From: Antedon mediterranea
Lineage: Eukaryota > Animalia > Echinodermata
Reading direction: 5' to 3'
Length of the DNA stretch: 64,000 bases
Assembly: GCF_964355755.1 (NCBI RefSeq)
Contig: NC_092678.1
Coordinates: forward strand, 25,991,567-26,055,566
Part shown: piece by piece, positions 38,701-50,400 of the stretch
How the letters are laid out: every line of letters starts with the position of its first letter
Position numbering within the stretch: position 1 is the first letter of the stretch
The notes under the pieces: model-generated
What the model was told of the DNA's origin: nothing
Database searches by the model: none
What the model saw: the letters and a program-made list of their open reading frames with translations, nothing else
Program-made: the position numbers and the translations under genes

Positions 38701-41700
38701 GCAACTCAAATTAACTATACAGACAAGTAATAAGACATTCAATGTGTATCATACTAGTGATGTGCAGGTTTGTTTAGCAACTCAAATTAACTATACAGAC
38801 AAGTAATAAGACATTCAATGTGTATCATACTAGTGATGTGCAGGTTTGTTTAGCAACTCAAATTAACTATACAGACAAGTAATAAGACATTCAATGTGTA
38901 ACATACTAGTGATGTGCAGGTTGGTTTAGCAACTCAAATTAACTATACAGACAAGTAATAAGACATTCAATGTGTAACATGCTAGTGATGTGCAGGTTTG
39001 TTTAGCAACTCAAATTAACTATACAGACAAGTAATAAGACATTCAATGTGTATCATACTAGTGATGTGCAGGTTGGTTTCACACTTTTAAATACTTTAAT
39101 TGTACTATGTATTTTTGCTTACAGATGAATCTATGGCTTCATCAAGGAGTACTATAATAGGGGGTGGGGACAGTGCTAGTCAAATTAGTTCCAGTCCTGT
39201 ACCATCATTGGCACTTACAGATGGAGACTATGGTGAAATTAAGGACACTCCTCGCTCAACTTTCCAAAGGTATAGTTCAATTTAAGCAACTGAACCGGCG
39301 CTTGTTTAATTGAAAGCCCAGTTTTTCAGTGAAAATAGATAGTTAAAATGTTTAACCAATACTTGCCACTATTTATTTATTAAAATTGGTAGTTGACTCC
39401 TGTATTGAAATGCAGAGACTAATCAAATTTTTTTTAAGCAGTGTTATAAGTGGAATTGGAGAGTTTGACATGTTATCAGAGCCAAGTAATGAAGAAGAAG
39501 AAAGAGTTGTTGAAATTCCACAAAATTGTCCTTATTTGTTGCTAGACTTGAGAGATAGAGATGCATATGATCAATGTCATATCATTACAGGTAATACAGT
39601 ATCTATACATTATTTCTTATTGATATTATATAACACCCAAATTTGATTGGACGGTTGTGGGTCACATGGCATACAATAGTACGTACTATTAAACTAGACT
39701 TGAGAGATAGAGATGCATATGATCAATGTCATATCATTTCAGGTAATGTCTATACTGTACATTTTTTCTTATTGATATTATATAACACCTAAATTTGATT
39801 AGGCGGTTGTGGGTCACATGGCATGCAATAGTACGTACTATTAAACTATACTTGAGAGATAGAGATGCATATGATCAATGTCATATCATTTCAGGTAATA
39901 TCTATACATTATTTCTATTGTATGAATGCACTAGCTGTCTGCATATAGAATCTTTATTTCAAAAGTAGTTGTATATAATACAAATAAAGATTATGAGTTG
40001 AATATGTTCTATTCAACTAGGTGAAGTGAGGTTGGATCTCTATCGCACATTCTCCAAATTGAACCTAGTTGAATATGTTCTATTCAACTAGGTGAAGTGA
40101 GGTTGGATCTCTATCGCACATTCTCCAAATTGAACCTAGTTGAATATGTTCTATTCAACTAGGTGAAGTGAGGTTGGATCTCTATCGCACATTCTCCAAA
40201 TTGAACCTAGTTGAATATGTTCTATTCAACTAGGTGAAGTGAGGTTGGATCTCTATCGCACATTCTCCAAATTGAACCTAGTTGAATATGTTCTATTCAA
40301 CTAGGTGAAGTGAGGTTGGATCTCTATCGCACATTCTCCAAATTGAACCTAGTTGAATATGTTCTATTCAACTAGGTGAAGTGAGGTTGGATCTCTATTG
40401 CACATTCTCCAAATTGAACCTAGTTGAATATGTTCTATTCAACTAGGTGAAGTGAGGTTGGATCTCTATCGCACATTCTCCAAATTGAACCTAGTTGAAT
40501 ATGTTCTATTCAACTAGGTGAAGTGAGGTTGGATCTCTATCGCACATTCTCCAAATTGAACCTAGTTGAATATGTTCTATTCAACTAGGTGAAGTGAGGT
40601 TGGATCTCTATCGCACATTCTCCAAATTGAACCTAGTTGAATATGTTCGATTCAACTAGGTGAAGTGAGGTTGGATCTCTATCGCACATTCTCCAAATTG
40701 AACCTAGTTGAATATGTTCTATTCAACTAGGTGAAGTGAGGTTGGATCTCTATCGCACATTCTCCAAATTGAACCTAGTTGAATATGTTCTATTCAACTA
40801 GGTGAAGTGAGGTTGGATCTCTATCGCACATTCTCCAAATTGAACCTAGTTGAATATGTTCTATTCAACTAGGTGAAGTGAGGTTGGATCTCTATCGCAC
40901 ATTCTCCAAATTGAACCTAGTTGAATATGTTCTATTCAACTAGGTGAAGTTAGGTTGGATCTCTATCGCACATTCTCCAAATTTCTCAAAACCTTTTCAA
41001 AAAGCTGAATGTTTAAGAGTATCTTCTTGTGTAATAAAATATTTTGTTTTTTATAATTTATATGATTTTTTTTTTATTACCAGCAATGAATTATCCTTCT
41101 GCAATGTTGTCACGATCTTGTAATTACTTTACCAAAGAAATAATAGCTTATGTATCCTTTACGTTTCTGAATGATTTCATAAACACAGAGAAACATTGCA
41201 GTAATTATTATCTGGTGTAGTACAATACTAATACATGCTTAATTACTTGTGAAAAAACGAAAATTTGTGATTGTTATTGAGGGTTGTTATTCCTTAATGA
41301 GTTTTAGCGTAATCAACCTGGAAAAATAATAGTATTGTATGATGAAGATGAAAGAATTGTTATACCTGCAGCTACCACTTTTGCTGAGAGGGGCTTTAAT
41401 AATTCATTTGTTCTATCTGGCGGTAAGTTTTTTCAAATAACACTAGAGGGCTTGTTTGTATTTTATAAGATAATTTGAGGTCATCCAGATGGAATACTCG
41501 CACATTGCCTGAATCTGAACCCATGTGGACTTGATTTAATAACTATATTTTGCTTTAGGATTAAAAGTTGCTGTGCAGAAGTTTCCAAAAGGTTTAATAT
41601 CTGGCAACTTGCCAGCATCTTGTACACCATCAGCTATTAGATCAAAGAAGAAAATGGCAGTACCACCCACTCAGGAACCAAAACAATACTTTTCGGAGAA

Positions 41701-42508
41701 TGATATCCTTTTTAATTTTTATTAAATTGATTAATTTTAACCTAAAATGTGATTAAGCTTGTTTATAAAATTATAAACCTTAATTGTATAATTTACATCT
41801 TGATATGTTACAAAGTGAACTGGATGAGAATTTGATACCCAATGACACTGGAAGTAAGTAATTCACTCACATTTTAATATACAATCTAGGAGTACAAAAT
41901 CAAAGCAATATGTAACTGAACTGGACATTTAATTCACTCACATTTTAATATACAATCTAGGAGTACAAAATCAAAGCAATATGTAACTGAACTGGACATT
42001 TAATTCACTCACATTTTAATATACAATCTAGGAGTACAAAATCAAAGCAATATGTAACTGAACTGGACATTTAATTCACTCACATTTTAATATACAATCT
42101 AGGAGTACAAAATCAAAGCAATAGGTAACTGAACTGGACATTTAATTCACTCACATTTTAATATACAATCTAGGAGTACAAAATCAAAGCAATATGTAAC
42201 TGAACTGGACATTTAATTCACTCACATTACAATCTAGGAGTACAAAATCAAAGCAATAGGTAATATACTAACATTGTGTTTCAACGCCCAGGGCCTTAAA
42301 ACAGCCATCATTTTTTCCCCCACAAATATTTCATTTTACCTAGAACAAGTGTTTTGTTTCATCTTTGAATAATATATTTATAATCCTGTATATTTTTGTT
42401 TTTTTAGGTCGCCTTTCCAGGGCTACTACACATGCAAGAAGTCAAGTGTCTACACGCTCTTCAACTTCAAAATCAATGGCTAGTGTTCACTCTCAGCCTT
42501 GGAAATAA
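32753..42508 (+). CDS. CEP41: Centrosomal protein 41 kDa (rhodanese-like domain)
   Basis: Exons 32753-32785, 33496-33559, 33812-33859, 34859-34920, 35167-35221, 39125-39269, 39442-39590, 41084-41151, 41308-41422, 41559-41702, 41797-41853, 42408-42508. Motifs [67 protein letters not shown] and C-terminal PWK*. Confidence 0.93.
34051..34163. promoter_or_regulatory. Two RFX X-box motifs in CEP41 intron 3
   Basis: GTTACCATGGTAAT (34051-34064) and GTTGCTATGGTTAC (34150-34163) fit the GTTNCCATGGNAAC-type consensus; each overlaps ATTGG. Confidence 0.6.
34464..34673 (+). CDS. Candidate alternative first or cassette exon of CEP41
   Basis: tttcag|GA acceptor, open 210-nt frame, in-frame ATG at 34502, donor ACAG|gtaggc in phase 1 joining exon 4 in frame. 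Confidence 0.45.
35242..35503. repeat. Short ~44-bp tandem repeat (ccttagtactacaactta...)
   Basis: About 6 copies of two variant types. Confidence 0.8.
35637..39079. repeat. 76-bp tandem array (~45 copies) in CEP41 intron 5
   Basis: Unit actagtgatgtgcaggttggtttagcaactcaaattaactatacagacaagtaataagacattcaatgtgtatcat; period 76 (35637 vs 35713). Confidence 0.95.
39543..39915 (+). repeat. ~150-bp tandem triplication of the CEP41 exon 7 3' end and donor
   Basis: acttgagagatagagatgcatatgatcaatgtcatatcatt(a/t)cag|gtaat occurs three times. Confidence 0.9.
39997..40982. repeat. 71-bp hairpin-containing tandem array (~14 copies)
   Basis: Each unit has a 13-bp perfect stem acctagttgaata-tgttc-tattcaactaggt. 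Confidence 0.95.
41152..41307 (+). other. U12-type GT-AG intron of CEP41
   Basis: 5' GTATCCTTT; branch site TTCCTTAAT ~10 nt before the AG; no polypyrimidine tract. Confidence 0.88.
41703..41796 (+). other. U12-type AT-AC intron of CEP41
   Basis: 5' ATATCCTTT, branch site ACCTTAAT, 3' ...TTTAC; removal restores the frame [15 protein letters not shown]. Confidence 0.88.
41859..42262. repeat. 71-bp tandem repeat (~5.7 copies) in the last CEP41 intron
   Basis: Unit taattcactcacattttaatatacaatctaggagtacaaaatcaaagcaatatgtaactgaactggacatt. Confidence 0.9.
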
Positions 42509-42903
42509 CAATAAAAATTCAATTTATTGAAAAAGTTGTGTATATGTGTGGGATCTGAATTTGTAATTATACTAAATTAATTAATGAACTTATAATAATT
42601 AGGATTATATTGTAACATTATTGTTTGCATGTTGCTGTTTATACTAATGAACTGTATTACTGTATGTATAATACTTAAACTAGCATTCAACTACTAAGAC
42701 AAAGTTAGCATTAACCAAAATACCACAGAGCAGAAACAGATTGATAGCAGTTTTGTAGACCACTGCTATACACTGGCCTAACCAGAATGCTCATTTAAAT
42801 TGTTAGTCTATTAAGAGGTTAATAGACAATTTCATAAAAATCCAAAATTTAAAATAAAAAAGAATTTCTTTCTATAGTAAAATTATGAAATGTAAACGTT
42901 TGA

Positions 42904-43547
42904 TGTAACATCATGCTTTGTTGTCATACTTTTATTTACGAAATGATTGAGTTGTCACTGGTGTAACATCATGCTTTGTTGTCATACTTGTATTTACGGA
43001 ATGATTGAGTTGTCACTGGTGTAGCATCATGCTTTGTTGTCATACTTGTATTTACGAAATGATTGAGTTGTCACTGGTGTAACATCATGCTTTGTTGTCA
43101 TACTTGTATTTACGAAATGATTGAGTTGTCACTGGTGTAACATCATGCTTTGTTGTCATACTTGTATTTACGAAATGATTGAGTTGTCACTGGTGTAACA
43201 TCATGCTTTGTTGTCATACTTGTATTTACGAAATGATTGAGTTGTCACTGGTGTAACATCATGCTTTGTTGTCATACTTGTATTTACGAAATGATTGAGT
43301 TGTCACTGGTGTAACATCATGCTTTGTTGTCATACTTGTATTTACGAAATGATTGAGTTGTCACTGGTGTAACATCATGCTTTGTTGTCATACTTGTATT
43401 TACGAAATGATTGAGTTGTCACTGGTGTAACATCATGCTTTGTTGTCATACTTGTATTTACGAAATGATTGAGTTGTCACTGGTGTAACATCATGCTTTG
43501 TTGTCATACTTGTATTTACGAAATGATTGAGTTGTCACTGGTGTAAC
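42904..43547. repeat. 58-bp tandem repeat (~11 copies) downstream of CEP41
   Basis: Unit tgtaacatcatgctttgttgtcatacttgtatttacgaaatgattgagttgtcactgg. Confidence 0.95.
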
Positions 43548-44470
43548 TGTATCCTAAATAAATGTTGTAACTTAGTGTGGTCTCAAATTTGTATCCTAAA
43601 TTAATGTCTTATAACGTGAGTAAAATATCAATTTGACGAGCGACATGTAACCAGCTGGATAGTCCAAATCCATCTCAGCTCCTAATAATAATTCGATAGG
43701 GCAGAATAGGTATTTTTCCCCGTATGTGGACGTGGTGGAAAGAGGAAACATTTTTGTAAAATATATTATTTATTCAACTTGGTAATAATGAAATTATTGT
43801 TATGTTTATAACAGTGTACGACACGCTAAATACTGTAAACTAAATTACGATCAGCTCTCAATTGAAATAGGTGGCATTATTAATTGAAAACAAAATCCCA
43901 TTTCACTTCATTTACAAATGCCTTTATGGCATTTTATTTTGTGTATACAAGTCTAAATATATTGTTTATTATAAATTATTTTAGTTAAGATCATGAGACT
44001 GCTGGCTCTTGTAGACAGTAATATTATTTATAATAATTTACTTTAGCAGTCCCTCTGACCAATTCATCTCTGTATATTTTAGTTAAGATCATGAGACTGT
44101 TGGCTCTTGTAGACAGTAATATTATTTATAATAATTTACTTTAGCAGTCCCTCTGACCAATTCATCTCTGTATATTTTACATTATGGTTTTATTGTTAAT
44201 AAAGTTTACCAGAATGAAATTTGCGCTGTAAATATAAACACATTATCCAGCTTTGAAAGAGATTGGAATTCTTACGTCAATTTATATAGGTGGTTGAGAA
44301 AAAAGATGATTTTTGAATTACAGTATAAATTATTATTTAGCACGATCCTCATGATTTTAAAAGTTATGTTTGTGCATTTATATAGAGGGCAGCAGATAGC
44401 AGTCGAAGGACGACGAAAACGAGGCAGAAATAGTAGTACACATTTTTACACCGGCGAATCTTTGTAAAAA

Positions 44471-47400
44471 ATGGCGATGTTAGGAAGTAAAATACCAGTA
44501 TTTCTCCCTACAGGGTGAGCATTAATTGGGACTTTATAATTTTCAGAGACTTAAAATATATTAAGCCTAGTCTAGAACATAACGACTTAAGTGATAAATG
44601 TGTAATTGCATATTTATTTTAATGTTTAGCTAGGCTAGGCAGCAGTAGAGTAGGCCTAGCCTAGCTAGAGGCCTAGGTCACAGTGCATTTCGGCCGCCAA
44701 TCATTTCGGCCGCCGGTTATGGAACGACCAAATTCATGAAACTCCAAAAAGGACAAAATATGGCATGATCATTTCGGCCGCCAGGTATGGCGCGCCAAAT
44801 TGAAATAGCCAGAAATAACTGCACAGTATTACAGTGAAAAAAATAACTTTACCAAGTCTATAGAATTGAACGCCACAGAGAACTATGGTCATTTAAACCA
44901 GAGATCAGTTGTGCAATGACCTAAATACATTTTTTTTGCCGTAGATTTAAAGTTATATTATTTTAACGTCTGAATATTTTGGTCAAAATGAATATTGATT
45001 AATTGTTTATTTTTTTTATATTACATTACAGGTCCCGAAAATGCGTGTGCTTTGTAAAAATGTGTTTCATTATGAATAATTATAATAAATGTAAAACCAT
45101 GGAGAATTGGTAAAACATACGAATAAAAGTGTTTTTGACTGGCACATAAAAAAACTTCAGCATCACCTCCTTCTTATTAAAAAAAATGATAGCTTTGCGA
45201 TATAAGGGAAGTTTCATTTATAATTTCCAAACAAAATGCCCTAGGATGAGTTTTACAAGGCTCATTAAACATTAGTGCCTTGGGTACACACACATGATCT
45301 TTGAAACCGCTGGTAACGATACCGTACATATCTGAGGTGATTTTTCTTTGTCATTGTCGGACGCATTTCGTCATAAAATATTTGTTTAAAAAAACAAAGG
45401 CGGGCTAAAGATCCGACGCTAAACAGTTATGCGCTAAACAAGTAGGCGCGCGTATCTTTTTTTATAATGTGGTCTTCTTTTGGCACACTTCATATTAAAT
45501 TCAATAAACATGCGATGACGCGCGATGCATTGTTTATTTTTTTTTCCAAATAATATCCAAGGAAGAGGGTTCGATCAATTACGCGGAGATTCTTTTTTTT
45601 CTCATTCAAATCAGATAATTATCGGATAAATGCGATAATTTTTAACCTTTGACATGAAGGAAAAATTGTTGCAATGTGATTGGGCACCTGGTTGTTTGGT
45701 AATGACCGATCATGCGCACTTTTATTGGTTGAAAAATTAACCGATATTTTTTGTTTTGGCTGCGGAAGCGGCCGTATTGCACTGCACGCCTTGCCGCTAA
45801 AACTACAAATTCCGGGATTCCCCCTTTTATGTAAATGGTGACGTTTTTTCTATATAAAATAAAAGCTATACATTTTAAAGTAAAACTGGTGTAGGGCTAC
45901 GTATCAGTCGGCAATGAGATTGTTTTTAATGTATCGAAAAGCGGGCAATCCTGCTGGCAACAGTTTAATGTATAAGGCTTAAGTAATCATTAAGCCTTAT
46001 CATTCACAACAAGTACCTGATAAATACCAAGTATTTATAAGAGACATTACCGTAGTCTTAATGTTTTGATTTGTCCACTATATTCTATATCGTATGCGTA
46101 TTGTACTTTTTTTATTTCTACATATTATTATTATCCATACCCCAAACGAGGCCCATAACCACAATATTTCCCATTTTTTCAATTGTATTTTTTCATTATT
46201 TAAGCACTTGAGTTTACATGTACCCCAAACGTATTAAAAGTTACCGGTATCTTGACAGCAAAAAGATTAGATTGATAGCTAGGCGCGGTACAGAAACAAT
46301 GTCCTAAGTTGTTATCGATATAAATAAGGAAGTATTAATACTGTTAAACGTTTAAATAATACAATTTGCAAAATATAAAAAGGAAAACCCCAAAACCACT
46401 TTATTTTCAAAAAGCACACATACTTCTTGGCACCTGTGAAATAAATTGACAACAAAAATGTATCAGGTTTAATAAACATTCTTACATTATAAATGTAGAG
46501 TGCAACGTTTGCTGAAAATATCATTAATATATTCACTGTAGTGATGGCAATGTGCACGCCATAAATGTTTCTGGAATTGAAGACCGCCGATTCGGCTTAA
46601 TAATACAGTATTAGTAAAATATTAACATTTTAACACACATGGCGTGTCATACATATTCAAGAATAATTACAAGTCTGGCGGCCGAAATGAACAATACATA
46701 TTTTGTCCTTTTTGGCGTTTCATGAATTTGGCAATTCCATAACCGGCGGCCGAAATGACTGGCGGCCGAAATGATCAGACACCGAGGCCTAGACCTACCT
46801 AGCTAGGCCTTAGCCTACTAGGCGGCCCCTGTTAGTTGTTGTAGTCTGAGGCCTCCTAACGAAGGCGGAGGAGGGCGCCCTAATACTAGAAGAGTCCGAA
46901 CCATATAAAATAAAGAGTACCAACATTGGATTATAGTCAAGTGATATGCAGATCAAAATGTGTCAAACTTGTCTGCATGATTAATAATGCATGTATGTAA
47001 AGTATAGGAGCAACAAAATACTTTAAATTAAACTCTTTCTTATATTAAAAAAAATGTAATTGCACATTTTACGATGAAATATCGATGTGCACAGCAGCGT
47101 ACAGAAGTACTTGCGGCAAAGAATATTGTGCGCGCGTGCGCTAGTACATTATAAAGTTCGATTGATTGATTTTGGAACAAAACATCCCATAACTACGTCC
47201 TATTAATAACAATTATGTAATATTTTCAATTCATAATGCATGCTTTGATGACTAAATAAAATAATAAAGTGTCATGGATATATTTGTTAATATACTGAAA
47301 AGGGTATGAACAATATTTTACGTTGGCGGCGCAGTTTGTGTAAAAAACACACAGAAAGCCAAATACTGCATAAAAAGAGGCGTGAATTTGTGTGTTTTTT

Positions 47401-50400
47401 GTATTGTCATTCTTTGATGTATCCATGTAGGCCCTAGCATTTATTTTTTTGTTATTATAAAAAATATATATATTTTAAGAAATCAATACCATTTATTAAT
47501 GAATTAATTTATTTAATTACTAAAATAAAAATGGAATCTAAGCGTTATTTCATTGACAAAATCTAAAAATAATGCATAGAACTACAGGAAAACGCGTGCG
47601 AATTCTTTGACACAAAAATGGCTTCTAATCTTCAATGTCGTAACTCTTTATATATGGCTCTGAGAAGAGTCAGAGCCATATATATAAAGAGTTATGACTT
47701 TGAATGGAGTAGAAGCCATGTTTGTGTCCAAGTGTTCCTATGTAGAGAGTATAGAGTTGAGTCTTTTGTTTTAAAAATGTATAACGTTCAAAAAGCTGTA
47801 ACTAGTATAGTATTGAATTTAATAACAAAACAATCAATTTGTTCAAAGGTTTTTGTTTAAATAATAATAAAATTATAAAGTTACTGCGAACATGATTTTA
47901 AACAACAAAAATAGCAATTTCTGAACGGCTCTGGCTGTGCGCTCCATGCACGCTCTACGCGTGCGCGTTTAGTTTGTACAGCGATTCTCTATAGTAATGC
48001 ATTGTTTTTACATTCTGTTGTTTAAAATCATGTTCGCAGTAACTTTATGATTTCGTTAAACTTTTAAACAAATTGATTGTTTTGATATTAAATTCGATAT
48101 TTAAAGCCTTGTTAAGCAAATGACTCGACTCCATACTCTACATAAGCATAGTTGGACACAAAGATGGCCATTGTGCACCCCACATGACTTTCTAAAATCC
48201 GAGAATGCAATGCTGTAACTCTTACTGTATATGGCTCTGAGAAGAGTGCTGCTAGCCTAGTGAGAGAGCTACTGTAGCCTATTATTCTTTCAACAGAAGA
48301 ATAAAATGGCACATATAGGGGGCCTATGCCTACATATGCATATTACAATTTACATGCATGGTTGGTCATGCCCATAAAAGACATTAAATTTCATGTGGTT
48401 AACTATTTTTTATACATATTTTGTTTTAAACAGGGTGCAAGTTAGGTCTATGGCAACTCTAAAGGAAAGTAAGTAAATATGTTTGAGTGTAATTTATTAA
48501 CAATTGAATTTAAGGATTATTTTAAAACTGGTTGGGTAATTGTTTGTTGTTGATGATCCTCTAGTCATAAAACTTTCATGTAACACTTTATAATAATGCT
48601 ATGTATGTGTATCTTAAATTATATTTATTTTTTAGTTGCTGCTCGTCTAAAGTCTGTTAAAAACATCCAGAAGATTACCAAATCAATGAAGATGATAGCA
48701 GCAGCCCGATACACAAAAGCTGAAAGAGAGTTAAAACCATCAAGAAATTACGGAGCTGGTCCACTTGGTAAGTGCATGCTGACACTGAATAAGTGCGTTA
48801 ATACCAGATAATAAGAGTATGGATAAATAAAACGATAAGATGATTCGATAAATGTAATGTTAATACGTTAACTTTGATTTCACTGCCAACATCATCATTC
48901 TTATATCATATCAATGGTATAACACCTCACATTTTCTTTAATATACTTGTATGATGGAAATCTGAGGCCGGTCCTGTTTTGTAATTGCATGCATCTAAAT
49001 GAAAGAAAGTTCCATATTTAATAAAGAATTAAAAAAAACCTTTTTTATAAGAAAGATATTAATACTACTACTTGTGAGGTTGTGTTGCGCAGTATTACCG
49101 ATGTGTAATTTGAACCAGTTGTATTTAAATACAAAAAATAACACATTCAATATCACAGGTTGCCATAACCCAACGGTGAACACACTCAGTGTTAGATTTT
49201 AATTAATAATAGATCAGTTAAAAATAATATTTTTTAAATAAATGTATAAAATACAACTATTTAATTACAGTTTCTTTGGATTGTTCTTGTAGAATTCTAT
49301 AACAAAGCTGATCTTGAAGATGATAAGAGCAAGGCTAACCATCTCATCATTGGAATTTCAAGTGACAGGGGTCTATGTGGTGGTATTCATAGTAACGTAT
49401 CAAAAGCCATCAAACGAGCAATTGACGGCAAACCAGAAGGTGTAACAACTAAAGTAATCACTGTGGGAGATAAGATACGTGGACAGCTGTTGAGGTTAGT
49501 AAATTAACAATAATTATTCATGGGTTATAATCTTTAATGTTTACAGTAAATTATGAGTTACTATAAAAGGCATCCTTACACTGGTTATGATTGAACAGAT
49601 TTAAAGTATACCTTGGTGGACATACAAATAAAGTTACTATAAAAGACATCCTTAAACTGGTTATGATTGAACAGATTTAAAGTATACCTTGGTGGACATA
49701 CAAATAAAGTTACTATAAAAGACATCCTTAAACTGGTTATGATTGAACAGATTTAAAGTATACCTTGGTGGACATAGAAATAAAGTTACTATAAAAGGCA
49801 TCCTTACACTGGTTATGATTGAACAGATTTAAAGTATCCCTTGGTGGACATACAAATAAAGTTACTATAAAAGGCATCCTTAACTGGTTATGATTGAACA
49901 GATTTAAAGTATACCTTGGTGGACATAGAAATAAAGTTACTATAAAAGACATCCTTAAACTGGTTATGATTGAACAGATTTAAAGTATACCTTGGTGGAC
50001 ATACAAATAAAGTTACTATAAAAGGCATCCTTAAACTGGTTATGATTGAACAGATTTAAAGTATACCTTGGTGGACATAGAAATAAAGTTACTATAAAAG
50101 ACATCTGTAGTGAATATTTTAGTTGGTTCCGAGCTTTCTCAGGCGTATATAACTCCACGCGACGTACACAGCTGTCACTGAATGATAACTCATACAAAAA
50201 GTATATTTAACTCAACTAGAACTTTTATTCCTTGTAACTCGATTAATACATTTTACTACCAGTCAAGCCTTATTTTCTTTATCATCTTTCCGTTTATCTA
50301 CTCTGATCTTATTCTCTCTTCTCCTTAATATCTATTACATTCCACTTTTATACTGGACATGCTAATTTTAGGCTTCAGAGGAGGATAACATTTTCCCTCC

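Noticed and set aside
39997-40982. CRISPR-like appearance (palindromic repeat plus spacer)
   Set aside because: Linkers are identical rather than unique, there are no cas genes, and the context is a eukaryotic intron
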